DNA of 55,839 nucleotides, the filler included, from Sphacelaria rigidula (lineage: Eukaryota): the NCBI GenBank assembly GCA_964200075.2. It is 5 parts of 5 records of this genome, joined end to end, with 100 filler letters (N's around TTAATTAATTAA, not from the genome) between each part and the next. Parts side by side here need not be neighbours in the genome. Positions count along the whole stretch, not along the records: positions 33,566 to 44,653 come from CAXNAA020005413.1; positions 44,754 to 55,839 come from CAXNAA020005414.1; 3 more parts are not named here. The stretch is one strand, 5' to 3'. Positions within the stretch are counted from its first letter, which is position 1; each line of letters starts with the position of its first letter. Position numbers and translations under genes: made by a program. Shown in pieces: positions 37,790 to 51,065 of the stretch. The notes under the pieces are model-generated. The model was given only the letters and a program-made list of their open reading frames with translations. It was not told where the DNA came from and ran no database searches.

Positions 37790-40700
37790 ATTTCCCTCCC
37801 TGCAGCAGAATAAGGTCAAGGTACTCTAGTGGGGGGCGAGGCGATGAGATGCCGGGCGGAGTGGGAGGTATCTGGGATGTACTATGGACAGGGGGTCCCG
37901 TCTCGCCGTGAGTGTTATTCTCCGAATTACCGGAAATATTTTAATATTTTAATATTTGGACGCTGTTCACTTTTTGTGGATCTCGGAAATAACGACCAAA
38001 ATCGAAAAGGATGTCAGCTCCTTCACCACAGCTCTTCTTTCGGGCTTGTCTGTAGCAGAGGACGATACTGTCCTGCGCTTTTCGCCAGCCTCAACGCTCA
38101 CCCTGCTGTCCTGTGCTATCGCGGTAGTGCCGCAGGGTCGCGGTGTGCATTCCGTATTCCGTGTCTATTACAGTATTTTCTGTACTAAGGGCTGACCGTC
38201 TACGGAGAATTGCAAGAACATTGTGTTTGCACATGTTCCGATCGAATACCGTCGAAATTCTCACCTTTGGAATGGAATTATTACCCCGTTTTTTTAGTTG
38301 TTTGATCACAAAGTCGAACCTCTTGCAGATAGCATTGAGATTGCGCGTGCATTTTACTGTACCTTGTACTGACTGTACTAGACTGTGCTGCACGACTTTG
38401 TTGTCGGGCATGAGTACTTGCCAGCCAACTTTGACGGCCTGGTAAAGTAAGCATTATCCCTCGAGTACCGTGAACAACTACAGCATCTACAAGCTCGTGC
38501 CGTGAGCTCTGTCAAGGTGAAGTGTACCAGAAATCTCGAGGTTGACATGCCTCCAATGTTCCGTTAAATTCGACGTTAGATAGCACCCTCCTCGTAAGAG
38601 AGCAGCTGTGCAACGCGTCTCGCTAGAAAATGTTGACACATTGTGCAAGGCTTGGCACTTGATCTGTATTCAAGAACATAGACATCCAACGATGCCAAGT
38701 CTTCTCAGGGGAAATTAGTTCCCAGTCTCAGCCTACCGTTCACTAGGGATCTGTACGAACAATACATCGCACGGCTCGGTAGATCTCCTACATTGATGAA
38801 CAAATCAGACAACAGTCACAACAGCAACAGTACTAGGTACAGGTACAGGCGGGCAGACATGGTATTGATGGTCGCACATTTTATTGGAAGCACAACAGCA
38901 GGAATCACGCACTGCACCATTGCTGATCGCTACTAATAACATGAAAAGTGAGCGCAGCAGTGTTGGGTTCGGCTGCATCAACCATGAGAATCGATAGCTT
39001 GTTAGGGTCTGAACAAATGTGCACGGGTAATATCTTGTATCTCCACTCTGTGACGTCTGCATAGTTTATTTATCCGGATATTCCTTGAGCGTGAGTGTGC
39101 ACAACATGTATCATCTCGAAATCGGGTGGGTCGTAAGTACTTGTAAACGACGGGATTATAATACTTTGAGGTATGCCATGCAAGTGAGATGTCTTCTCGC
39201 CGGAGCATCTTGACTTTAGTGTGTCGAATATACAAAATCCGAAACCCCGTACTGTAGCCTCCTTACTGGCTGGGTCTCACAATCAAACTCCGATAATATT
39301 ATCATTTCACCCTGTTGGCAGCCGTGATGGGTCATCTGGGTCTCACTCATTCTTCGAGTGAAAATGATGCCTTGCAACAGGTGGCGATCCAGCCTGGTAA
39401 CCGAAGGGTATTGGACAGATCTCATGAGCAGTGCAACAATTGATTATAAAAGAAATGCTGGGGAGAAAGCGGTCTCTTTTTCTGCACTTCACCCGCTCGC
39501 TCGTTGTGTGGATCCTTGTGAGCTGAGAGAGACACAAAACAAGATTATGAATCATGTCAACCATGAACGGTATAAAGCACAAGACCAAAACAGAAGACGT
39601 GAGCATGTTTCGGTCCTCGCCAATTCGCATTACTTTCGGTTCAATATTCTGGGTCACGTCAGATTCCTTCGGCCCGATTAGTCAAAGTTTGAGTCGACGA
39701 ACGTCAGCTGCTGAGTCAAGGGCTTCGAGCACCTCTCCCGCCCCTGCAGAGCAAGCAAGTGACACTAGCGCTTCATATCTCTGACGCGCGTTTTTTGGCA
39801 ATTGAAACGATCTCCACAAAAGCAGCCGGAAAAAACGAAAAAACAGCACGAAACGAACTCGGCCGGGTCGGTCCACTAGGCTCCTATAGTAGGAACAGGC
39901 ACTGCTCCCACAGCGCTGCTGTTAGACTTGTACACCACGCTTCCCCCCACATTCCTTCATCACCGAAGTCAAGTCCTATCATGCATGCCTCGATCCCATC
40001 ACAATAAACAAAAATTCTCCTACTTCCACCATCCACAGCAACTCGGATGAATCAAGACCTGTGGATCTACCCACGATACATCGCTACACCGCTACTGTGT
40101 TCGTCACTCACGACGCCGAGGCACCATCACATCTTCATCATCATCATCTCTGCAAATGTACTATTTGCGCAACGTCAACGTCACCACCACAAAATAATAA
40201 GGCCGGGTCTTGCCAGAGGCAAAGAAAAGTTATACTTTTGAGAATGTGACTGATCGCAGCCTCCACGGGAAATCACCGGTCATTCCTGTCCAAGATGAAG
40301 ACTTTTATCGTGACAACGTGGCAAATTGGCAACACGCCAACAGACCGACTTTTTCAGCGTTCGATAAGGATAAATTTCGGGCGAAGCCTACCCTCGGCGG
40401 GCGCAGCGAGTCCGCTCGCTGTGCGAGCACCAAATGCCCCCCCCCCGCGCGCGCGCGGCTCGTGAGGCAATCCCACTGGATGCGCCACCGGAGGCAAGAA
40501 AATTGGGATGCATGGCTCTATTTTATATTCCCATGGAAATTGGCCTAATCGAGGTCTCCTAGCCTAGGAGAAAACGTGTCCAGATTCAACAAAACCTGAT
40601 AGTCACACCGCACGTTTTATCGTTATATAGACATGTTTTTGATACGATAACGATAACGGTATTTCGATACGATATCCAACACTGCTTGTTTGTGGTTCAG

Positions 40701-41282
40701 GTCCAGGCTCCATGATGAGCCGAACAGCCCACGCACGGCAACCATTTTACGTTACCTTTCGCATCCTCAATGAATCGTTCCTCCGTGCTCAAGAAAAAAA
40801 ATCAAAAAATATAGGTATTCATTTTTTTTAGCATGCTTCGAAAGGGCATTTGCATTGAGCAAAAATAGAGCATCAGCCCTCAGCAAATCAGAAGGATCAA
40901 AAACGTGAACAGTCACAACTATGCTCAAAATCAAAATTCCATCCTAAATTCTCTTGCCTCGAGAAGACGAAGCATGAGTTCTTCTCCCCTGGATCTGCAG
41001 ACGCTTGTGACCATAGTCGGATTCGAAACGGAACAGCTTGTGCGACCATTAGTATTATACTCGATCAATCAACTCTGTCCCTTCCGCCCACCAAGGCAAT
41101 CAAAAATCAAGCCAGATGCCCGCCATAAGCAATGGACAACATGGCGATGATGCCTCCAGGCGTAGTGACAAGAACCAGGTCTGATGCAGCTAGAGGAGGA
41201 GAAAACGAGCCCGCAGACGGGGAAACAAGAGGTCCGGGCGGGCTGGCTCTGCGTCACATACAACACCGGGCACCTCTTTCCT

Positions 41283-41373
41283 TCACAGGGCTGTGCCGCG
41301 CTCGAGATTTTGACGGATCTCCACCGTGTATTTGTCGTACGCCCGCTTGATCTTCTTGTTGAAGTGTTTGTTC
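41283..41373 (-). CDS. SYF2: Pre-mRNA splicing factor SYF2, last coding exon
   Basis: cag|G AAC... translates (R)[29 protein letters not shown], the conserved SYF2 C-terminus. Confidence 0.93.
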
Positions 41374-41638
41374 CTGGCGTCGATGTTTTATCGCAACAAA
41401 AAACGAAAGAGACGAAAGAGGAAAATGGAGTAGTTAATACAAGCCATCACGTGCGGATTCGACAGCAAGAGAGGAACTCGAGACCGATCTTTGCAGGGTA
41501 GTGAATAATGTAGTACGTACAAAGTGTGGGTTTCAGCCGTTCCAAGGCGTTTCTCCTCTCCAAAATTATACTTGCAGTGCCGGATTACATGCCTATGCTT
41601 CCTACGAGAAAACTGTGAGTTCGCTGAAACGCACACTC

Positions 41639-41812
41639 AGGCCAACTCTTATGGGAGCGTTTAGAATTTTATATTGCAATAATTAAACGCCTCTTTTTTT
41701 TTCTTCGCCATAGTTGTGTATTTTGTGCCCGTTCACCATGATGACAATGAAAAACAACTCCTCTGAAATTGTTGCAAAATGCAATTTCAAACGCTCCCAT
41801 AAGAGTTGGCCT
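41639..41812. mobile_element. Short MITE in the SYF2 intron
   Basis: TIR AGGCCAACTCTTATGGGAGCGTTT and its reverse complement. Confidence 0.75.
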
Positions 41813-41914
41813 TGGAGCCAATTTTCGCTCTGGCGTACGTTTTTTTTTCACATGCAAGTAGTCCACAGTACATTTTTTGCCAGTGTTGTCCACTGTCCTC
41901 GTCCAGAGTGCGAG

Positions 41915-42094
41915 TATTTCACACCCTGGACAATATATTGTCAAAAGATCCAATAGACCAGAAGTTTACTGCATAAAGTATAGGCCGATTGCGGCTATTG
42001 TCGGCCGGCAATAGTTTCAATAGGCCCATACTTTATGCAGTAAACTTCTCATCTATTGGATCTTCTGACCACATATTGTCCAGGGTGTGAAATA
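41915..42094. mobile_element. Palindromic hairpin MITE in the SYF2 intron
   Basis: TATTTCACACCCTGGACAATAT... / ...ATATTGTCCAGGGTGTGAAATA; arms pair almost to the centre; a related terminus is at ~10603-10628. Confidence 0.8.
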
Positions 42095-43391
42095 TTTTAA
42101 TATTTTGGGCTCATGAATAGGATCAGCATACTCCCGCATCGCATCGACTTTGGTCATTTTCTCCTGTTACACACGTACATCCTCACGTTTTCAACGACAG
42201 AGATAAGAAACTCCCAGTGGAAAAAAAAAAAACATGGCACTGTATGCGCTGGGATACCACCCCTCGATACTATCAACTCCTCCCATAAGCGACTGCAAAA
42301 GGTGTGCCAGAAAGACACACCACCGGGCGCGGCGACTACAGCGTCGTGCATCAACTGGTGCGGCAAGGATCGCGTCATGGTATCAAAGAGAAAAGTCTTA
42401 CACACCCGAGGTAAGCGGAGGAGAACTCTCTGGACAAAAGTCGAGAAAGGAGAACTATACGAAAATAGAGAAAAAAAAGCAAAATAAACTAAAACAACGA
42501 GATAAAAGAAGAAGAAGGAGAGGAGAGGAAGGGAAGTTAAGGAAAGGAGAATCGAGAACAAGAGAGGCATATGGCATGGAAACTCAACAATCTCGCCAAC
42601 TCCTCAATAAATAAATATACACACAAGGAACCCGAAACACGAGCAAAACTGGCAAACGCATCTTTAGATACACAATCAGTAGATGTGGAGCAAAATGAGT
42701 GTCCCGAGTGTTTTCTCCAGACTAATGCACTAATGCCAGGGGAAGAACATCGGGATCATGTTTTCAATGCACCAGCTTGTTTACCCGCTCATGAACACGT
42801 CAATCTGGGAACGGGGGCATGTGTTGTCTTGATCGGTTGTTACTTTCATGAATCCCCACGCATAAAGAAGCAAAACGTGAGCAGGCGCCGCAATTACGCT
42901 CTGGTATTGATTCTATGAGGCCGGCTGTCCCTTGGGAGAATCAAGAAGCGGAGAAACCTGTTCTCCGGAGAACCGTGGGGGATGACCGCTGGTGTGGACT
43001 GGGTCTATTTTGCTGAATAACACCTTCCTTTGAAATAATGTAGTTTTCTCGGCCGCTCGATGCATACAGCCGCTGTATACACACGACTGGCGCCTACCTG
43101 GTCGCTTACGATACGAGCATGCTACTTGTGACTCAATTGGTGTGTGACGGTGGTGTATCCAATGACAAACACAAGATGACAAACCGTTGTCAAAAACACC
43201 GACGATAACGACAATACTACTGTGGAACAGACACCAATACTAGTAAAAAATTGGTTTGTGCGTAACGGATGTCTATAAAATGACACACTACAATATGACA
43301 AAACATTGTCAATAAATCAATATATGTTAACAACAACACCACTGTGGTACAGACACTGATACCCGTTAAAAAAAATGAACACGGCGTGTAC

Positions 43392-43465
43392 CTGTCGTTA
43401 ATGTAGTCGATGTCCGTCGCGGAGTGCTCCGATCTGCGCCTGCTGAACGCCTCCTTCCGCTTTTC
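43392..43465 (-). CDS. SYF2: SYF2 penultimate coding exon
   Basis: cag|EKRKEAFSRRRSEHSATDIDYIND-AG|gtac; the phase-2 junction fits the last exon and gives the SRRR...DIDYINDRN motif. Confidence 0.93.
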
Positions 43466-44593
43466 CTGGTCACCAAAAGCACCCCCAAAACATTTTTCAA
43501 GTTTTAGGATATATTCTAGATTCCAGGTCGAGTAGATTGACGTATTTCAGTAAAATCAAATTTTGATTTATATTTCTTTCGTTACTTTTCCAAGGCCAAC
43601 CGCCATGTCAGGGTCGAAAACAGGAGAGCTCGCATGTTTTGAGAATTTCAGGAACAAATAACATAAGCAAGCAGCTCTGTGTTTTTCCAGTTCCAGCCTT
43701 ACATAAAATGACCTATTCCCATCGTGTCTTTCACCTTCCCTCCCACAGTATCGGAATATATTTTTTAGCCATAAGATGCAAAAAGACACTCCTTCACTTA
43801 TGGCGTGGTTGGCCATCGATTATTGGTCAAGGTGGCTGATATTTCATCACGTAAGGCAGTCAACCGACAGCACAGGGATGAGGGGGTGAGAGGAGGAAGG
43901 GGGCAAAAGGAGTGATGTGGGGTGAGTGCTCCATCTCCACGGTCATGATCCATTTTCATGCGCACTGGATCAATACTCCGTGTACCAACAGGTGACAATG
44001 TACCGTCCAAAGACCACCGGAATCTTCCGCAGAAATTTCCGCAGAAACTCGCTTCTCCAGAATATCCTGCGATAACCCCTTGCAGGCCAGTTACAATAAC
44101 ACGACACGATTGATAATCAACCAATCAGCTAATCAACCATTGGTTCTCCCCGAGTCTCACGCAAGAGAATCTCCTCCCTGTAGACTAACTGCGGTCACTG
44201 TTGTACCTTTTCGAGGAGCTCGTCCACAACGCGCTGCATTCCCTGCTCGTCGGCATCGTCTCTCGCGCCGTACTCCGCCGTATCCTCCTATTTTAATTCA
44301 AGTACCGCAATAACACCGGACACAGGACAGGGAAACCGCGCGGGGATCAGTGACAGTCCTTCGCCTGCCATCCTTGTCGGCTATTCTCGTCTTGTTTCCC
44401 CCCATTCTGATCATGTCTCACTTTTTCTTCGATATTGTCGTTCCTTTTGTCCTCCTTTCTACCCGACGCCTTCCTTTCATAACAAAAACACGGAAATCAC
44501 ACGACACAAAATTCAACAACCCTGGCTAGTGGAGTACCGCATTGTCATCTGACTCGCGAGTGTCATGCTATGGCCGGTCATCAATATACGTAT

Positions 44594-44820
44594 AACAACA
44601 AATTGTGCGAATTGAGGTTTAACTCCGAGATGAGGTTCAAGCCCAAAACAGTGNNNNNNNNNNNNNNNNNNNNNNNNNNNNNNNNNNNNNNNNNNNNTTA
44701 ATTAATTAANNNNNNNNNNNNNNNNNNNNNNNNNNNNNNNNNNNNNNNNNNNNGGGAAAGCACTGTTTTAGGCTTGAGCCTCATCTCGAAGTTAAACCTC
44801 AATTCTCACAATTTGTTGTT
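44594..44820. mobile_element. Family C long-TIR element ends flanking an assembly gap
   Basis: AACAACAAATTGTGCGAATTGAGG... left of the gap and its reverse complement right of it. Confidence 0.75.
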
Positions 44821-44917
44821 GCACGTTAAATATCGCAACAACACCGTTGTCCTTGTCTGCTGAACAGCAAAGCTCGCATATCCTGACCAACAAATAATCC
44901 TCATTGAGCAATCCCAC

Positions 44918-45043
44918 CTGCGCTTCCCAGATCGCGGCCAAGTTCTTGAGTGAAATCGCGGTATCAGGGTGGTTGGTACCCAAAGTCTTCTTTCTCATAG
45001 CCAAGGCCTGCTCACACAACGGCAGCGCATCTTCGTATCGCCC
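44918..45043 (-). CDS. TPR exon (126 nt, phase 0)
   Basis: GRYEDALPLCEQALAMRKKTLGTNHPDTAISLKNLAAIWEAQ; kinesin-light-chain-type 42-aa TPR bounded by cag|...|gt. Confidence 0.9.
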
Positions 45044-45823
45044 CTGGATCGGCAATATGATATGCGGCACGCCAACTTATCGGTGGCGGATGTTAAGGAT
45101 GATCAAAATTTTGAGACACACGCGATTTTCATGGCTCTAAACAAATCTAACCTCCACCGGGCTGGGGGAAATTGAAGCACAGATTCCACCAATTTACTGA
45201 AGATCGGAACTGCCTACAATCGCTCACGATCCAACAGCACCCTCATCAAAAGCTGTTTCACGACCCGAAACTTCGGGAGCAATTCACCACCTAGCCCCTC
45301 AGTTTTCCGCAGACTATGTGTGCATACAGGCGTTACAGCAACGTTTGAAGTGCCCGAGGCGGGTGCACTACCAACCTCCTCCGCCATACCCTCGATTGAA
45401 GACTTACCTCGCTGTTCCCGATGGATGCAGCAAAAAAATCAGTGTTAAATTTCTACCGAGTAGCCAGATTTACTCACCATGTGGAATAGCCTCAAGCGCT
45501 CGCTTCTTCCCCTTGGGCGTTGTCTGCCCAGGTGGCCACGTCGCTCGACAACCTATCCGCATTGTTCGAAACGCAGGTGAGGCGGAAGGAGATACCTACG
45601 CGTCGGTCGACTATCCCATTGCTATCTAGGAAGGGCTCCACTATTCAAAATGATAGAAGCGATACAGGCTGATTGTACGTCACGAACCTGCTGTACTTGG
45701 AGGGTACCAACGGTCAGAGGCAGGCAAAGTCGTGACTGCAGAGCAAAAGGTTCGTCGTTCTCGTATTTCGAGAACATTGGTGATGTGAGTGTATATCAGG
45801 CAACGTGCTGCAACAATACCTAC

Positions 45824-45949
45824 CTGTAGCCGCAATAGCCACCCCAAGTCGTTCAATGAAGCAGCCACGTCCGGGTGCACAGGCCCTAGGGCACTTTCCC
45901 GGATATTCAAGGCGCGCTCGAACATTGCTCGGGCTTTGTCGTACTTTCC
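45824..45949 (-). CDS. TPR exon (126 nt, phase 0)
   Basis: GKYDKARAMFERALNIRESALGPVHPDVAASLNDLGWLLRLQ. Confidence 0.9.
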
Positions 45950-46395
45950 CTGCGTGACCAAGTAGTTTCAAGTTTAGGATCACCATGTGGTCTGGAACAC
46001 CATCAACTCAGAGCAAGTGCTTCCGCTCATGAGGTTGACACCTCGAACATGTCGAATCAACCCAGGTTTACATCCATTAGCTCCTGCGAATGATCTCCTC
46101 ATGATGATGTTCTCCGGTATCTGGGAAGTGAATCCATCTCACCCGGAGCAGGCTCCTTGACGCTATTAGTCGACCCTCTCGGTATTTCCTGCGCTCAGCT
46201 CGGGTGACAATGGTGGCTGAGCTGGAGCAACTGAATATCACGCCCTGGTAGACTGATATAGTTCTCTTGCTGACCATGACCAGCTAACGAGGTTTGTCGC
46301 GGCAATCATGATACATCAACACAGGGATGTATATCGGATGGGAAAATGACGGACTGGCCCATTGTTTTCAATTCTCTATAACCCTCTCTACGGTA

Positions 46396-46944
46396 CAGTA
46401 GTGGGCGGTCTCACTATTCAGGGATGTCTTGGGGTTTTCCTCGCGTACTACTCTTCGATAGAACTCAAAATTACTAGCGTCGGTTGTTTTTGGCACAACA
46501 AACTGAAAACCCTCGAAACAGAGTAGTGCCTAAGCCAGTGTTAGTTGGTGGTATCGGCCGATACGAGTAAATACCCCGTTTATCAGGAGGGTGTTATTGA
46601 CCGTGAAACACAGTTCTTCGGCTCTAGTGCAATGAGTAGGTAGAACTTCAGAAAAATGAAACTGTAATTTTTTCACGAATATGATCGGGACAGGCTCGAT
46701 CGACCGAAAATACCGAAGAGTAAGAACCTGGGCTGAAACGTGGCAGGACCCCCGATGCCCGGTCAGCTCGTTAGTCACTCAATATTGAGTACAGATGACT
46801 TTTTATTGGAATGTGGAGCGGATACAAAAATCTTCAGATGTCTAATGTGATAGGCGGTGGCAAGCAAAAAGAGCCCAAGAAAATCGCCAGTCACGAAAAA
46901 ATCACCAAATGCCACAAAATGAATAGTTAGACCACCCACTACTG
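46396..46944 (+). mobile_element. Tc1/mariner-type MITE family D with TA TSD, intronic
   Basis: TA|CAGTAGTGGGCGGTCTCACTATTCA ... TGAATAGTTAGACCACCCACTACTG|TA. Confidence 0.88.
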
Positions 46945-46969
46945 TAGTACCCTGGAACATGATATTTAC

Positions 46970-47095
46970 CTGTAGGGTGTGCAGTCCCGCACTCTTATGC
47001 ATATCGCTTGCCATCACCGGATGACTGGGTAGGTAGACCCTCATACTCATTTGAGATGCTCGTGCGTACAACGGCCCGGCCTGCTGGTATTTTCC
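46970..47095 (-). CDS. TPR exon (126 nt, phase 0), more diverged
   Basis: GKYQQAGPLYARASQMSMRVYLPSHPVMASDMHKSAGLHTLQ; acceptor cccttcag, donor gtaaat. Confidence 0.85.
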
Positions 47096-47415
47096 CTGAA
47101 GGGATGAAGTTGTCATTTGCACGCATGAGAATGTGAGCGCGCGATAGTGAAGGAGTACACAAGTGCGCCATACCGTCAGCCACCGCACCTCATCATCTAC
47201 AAGCATGTACGAGCCACTGTTGTCCGTGCTCATCTCGTTCTATTCTGCGATAATTGAGCACCTCAAGTCGCAGGTACAACGGACGTCTTCCCAGCTCTGC
47301 CTCTCGTTCCTACGACTGCTACCTCACATATTATGTCGTACGAGGAAAAGCGACGGAGGGTCGTCAATTCTAAAGGACAAGGCATCGAAACGCGGCGTCG
47401 TTCGATTTACGTCAC

Positions 47416-47541
47416 CTGTTCCTCTAGTCCAAGACCCCAGCTGCATATTGCCGTCGACAGATTCGCTGCTGCAGTGACGTACTCCTTGCTCCCCTGCCCA
47501 CTCTGACTCATGGCTTCTTCAATGTCCATCTCGCATTGCTC
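47416..47541 (-). CDS. Probable TPR-like linker exon
   Basis: EQCEMDIEEAMSQSGQGSKEYVTAAANLSTAICSWGLGLEEQ|gtgacg; an alternative acceptor 6 nt upstream would add GAA TAG (stop). Confidence 0.5.
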
Positions 47542-47720
47542 CTATTCCTACGTAGGAATAACGGGACGCTCGCGATGAACGTAAATATGGGCGAGGGACA
47601 TTTCTCGGTTCCCATTGTGACACATGCACACACTCTGCCGCCGGTGTGAAGGCACGAGCTCGTAAATGATTCGGCAGTGAGCGGTAATAACCCCATCATC
47701 CACGAACAGGGTATGCTCAC

Positions 47721-48077
47721 TTGTCGAAGAAGTTCTTCAGATTTGTCGTACTCTCCGGCGGCATGATACAGGATGGGCAAGACTTCGCGAATGGAGCACC
47801 AGTTGTCTTGGGCAAGGTCTATCATTCGGGCAAGGATAGGCCTACTCGTCTTCTCAAAGAGGTGTTCAGGCTTCATTCCCACGGTGGTTTTCAAACGTCG
47901 GCACCACTCGTAGACTGTGTGCTGTCCGTCCCTCATGCCTCAAAAAGCAGGAAAATGCAGCTGAATCTCGCAGGCGTGACTCCCCAGAACGACATCTAAC
48001 TTGACATCTCTGTACCCGTTGGAGCCGTAGTGGTTGAGGAAGCCGTTCTTCACCCCAACTACAAGCCCGCTCTGCTC
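47721..48077 (-). CDS. Exon with the C-terminal half of the RelA/SpoT-like domain, one internal stop
   Basis: EQSGLVVGVKNGFLNHYGSNGYRDVKLDVVLGSHACEIQLHFPAF*GMRDGQHTVYEWCRRLK...AAGEYDKSEELLRQ|gtgag. Confidence 0.8.
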
Positions 48078-51065
48078 CTGCGACGGTATTATTCCGGGAA
48101 AGGAACGAGCCGGTATTCAAAGGCAGCCTGCAACTGCGCAAGATGTGACGCATACCGAACATCAACCAGAGGAATGGAACACTCCAACTATTGCCGCCGG
48201 AAGTTGACTACAGTTGAAAGGACAGCCCTAATACCACCGTAAGACGCGTATTTCGGCGAGGTACGTTTCGTCATACGCGCTCCCCCTACTTCAACCTCGC
48301 GTTCTGCTAGTTGGCGTGGCCCAGTGGTTAATGCCTACCACCTATGGGCGCCCACTATCTTCCTCTCCCACAGATGCCGACTGCCCGCTGATTTTATGAA
48401 ATCTCCGAGGATTGGTATAAAAAGTGATGGACGTACATAACAAAGTTTTCGTGAGATTGAGAGTAGAGGATGCGATTGAGAGTGAAAAGCGGTCAAATAG
48501 TGAATGATTCGTTTCAGTTCCGAAATATCCCTGCACCAGGCCCAATATGCTTTTTGTAGTAGCTCGGCACAGAGGCCCGTGATGTCCCTGAGTGGGATGT
48601 CGACGTGTAGCTGTAAGCACACGCCAGTGATGGAGGCAAAGAAAATCACACACGGAAGGAATAACTGGCGAAGTTCAATGGATTGATCAAATCCACTCTC
48701 CATCAGCGCTCTACTCTCAATCTTACAAAAACGTTGTTAGATGTCGTTGGACATTCGGGAATGCCACGAATAACACTCTTTTAGCTCGTATAGGCGCAAC
48801 CGCATTGCGCGATACCTCGATACTCATGACACGGACAATAGAACATCACGCAAGCTGGCTTCACAATACCTCCAGAGATGCCGGAAAGGGTCACGTTACG
48901 AGTAAGCTCCCCAAGGGCACCTGCTACATGCCCATTATTTGGCAAATCCAACTTTTACCTAAGCGTGCTACTGTGTAAAACTCTAGATTGTGACAGTATA
49001 CAAGTCTTGTCGATAACAGCGGTTCGAGGGAGAAGCGAGGTTCATGTAGTCCGATTTCTTACGGGGGGGTAATGGGAACTGCCGTCAACTCGAGGGAGTT
49101 TGATCGCGTTGACGTTCCAGACCAGGCTACCTGTTCCGCTTGGCACTCCACTACCTGCGGCTGTTTTCACTACTGTCAGGTGCATGCACGACGGAGGTTC
49201 ACGGAAAGTCGTACGGCCCTCGAAGAGCCATTTTCGAAACGATTGTCCTGAGCGCCAAGCTTCTGTCTCCTCCCCCGTCGGAAGTAAACTGGGGCCCCAA
49301 CTGGACCCGCCCCTTGACCTTGCCAGAAGATCACAGTTTGCAACATATGAGGTACCGTACGGTGACTCGCGACAATCCTACAGCGTGATCCATGAACATG
49401 TGCGCTAAACTCGGACGCAACGGAGGGTATGATGAGGAGTAAAATGATCGACAAGCGCGACATATTGCAGGACGAGACCGATACTTCGGGCAATGCGACG
49501 TATACGGCCAACGTCATCTCCAAACGGCTGATCCCGTTGAAAATGAAGCTACTCGCGCTTGCTTCCTTGTGTTCCAGTGACTCAACAAGACTTTGGGCGC
49601 ACTGCCCACGTAAAGTGATCCCCGACGCCATCCACCCTGGCAAGTGTGTACCTTTTGCCGTGAAAATTTCCAATGTCCCTAAAATTCATCGCCGAAAGTG
49701 ATGATCCCATCGCGGACACTCTTCCTCCTGTGCGATCTACACTACCCCTAATGTCCCGATATAGCTGAAGCAATATTGTCCACGGCTTTGTCGATGACGT
49801 TTGATACAGGTCTTCGTCGTTGCCGACGTTATCTGGGAGGCGAGTTGATATTCGGTTATCTTGCCTCGCGCCGCAAGGCCTGCAAAGGCGGCGATACCCG
49901 GCCTAAGCCAGATACGGTGCTCAATGGGGTCTGCATCGCAACTACTGCCAAGAGATTGGGGTGCTATGAAGTCCCACCGGCCTAGGCAAGTGGTGGATAC
50001 AGTCCGCGATAATCCACCGTCGATTGATTGATTATCGGCGCCGTTGAGCTTCTCGTGATTTAGATGTCGGACTCATTAGAGCTTGAAGAGCTACTCCATC
50101 GATGTCATCACCGTTCACATCTGATCCAACTGGTGAATCTGTGGTTGACCTGCTGCTTCATCTGGTACACCACTCTATAGTGCCACAACGAAGTGCGTCT
50201 CACCTTGCAACAGTACTCCCATCAATAGGTACCTTGTGTTGCGTGTGTCCTTGTGGCGAGCGGACGCATTCGAAGTCGATCGATTGTTGAAAGGGTGATA
50301 TCAGCAAGTAATCCATGGGCTGCCCTGAGGAAATGTAGAGCCCACATCGTTACGTACAGTGTCTGTACCCAAAACGCATGGGTTCAGTGTAAACGTGAGT
50401 GTGGGTGATCCCGTACCGTGAACGTTTGGTATTCCAGTCATGAAAACAATAAAGTAATGTCAGTTGTGGTATTCTACGCCCGCGCATCATGTGCTTTTCG
50501 GATCATATTCGTTGCCAATCGGTTTATCCGCGTACGGCTGTGCTGGATCCACGTCGTCGCCACCTTTGCGCAGACGGCGAAGCTCGCCAAGCACACCATT
50601 CCAGGTTCGACGCCCCCCCATATAACACGAGCTGTTGGATGATGCATCCCCGGTGAGTTGCAAAGATGCCTCTCCACGATGCAATGTTTATCGAAGCTAC
50701 ACATCATACACTGCTGCTGCTTCTGCTGAATGGCCGCTGCCATTTTTCTCGCTGTGGGGCTTCTTACCATGTGTGTTTTGTTTCACATTATCCAAGTAAT
50801 TCGCTGTGCTTTACAGTATACTCTTCCACTTCTTGGTCATGAACATATGCCAACAACGACGAATGCAACGTCGACCTAGGCGAGCAACGACTTTCCCATA
50901 CTTGTTTTCAGCTCTTAATCGAAGTCGTCCATATCTGTGTCCGAAGCCTTTTCCCGCGCGCGGCTATTGCTCCAACTGAAGCTCCTGATACCGTTGCGTC
51001 AGACAAACCAAATCGACAAACGACAACGGAAACATCCAGCACAACAAGGGATGCAGTATCTTCAC

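Noticed and set aside
47940-47942. TGA as selenocysteine or programmed readthrough
   Set aside because: The gene also has an in-frame TAG and no SECIS is evident; ordinary nonsense mutation is simpler.
48335-48703. 122-aa minus-strand ORF inside the RelA-TPR intron
   Set aside because: The flanking exons join with proper motif spacing without it, and it has no recognisable motif.
49100-50800. Coding-looking ORFs in the 3-kb intron, including a faint integrase-like GKRYTLARVD
   Set aside because: Multiple stops in all frames; similarity too weak to call.
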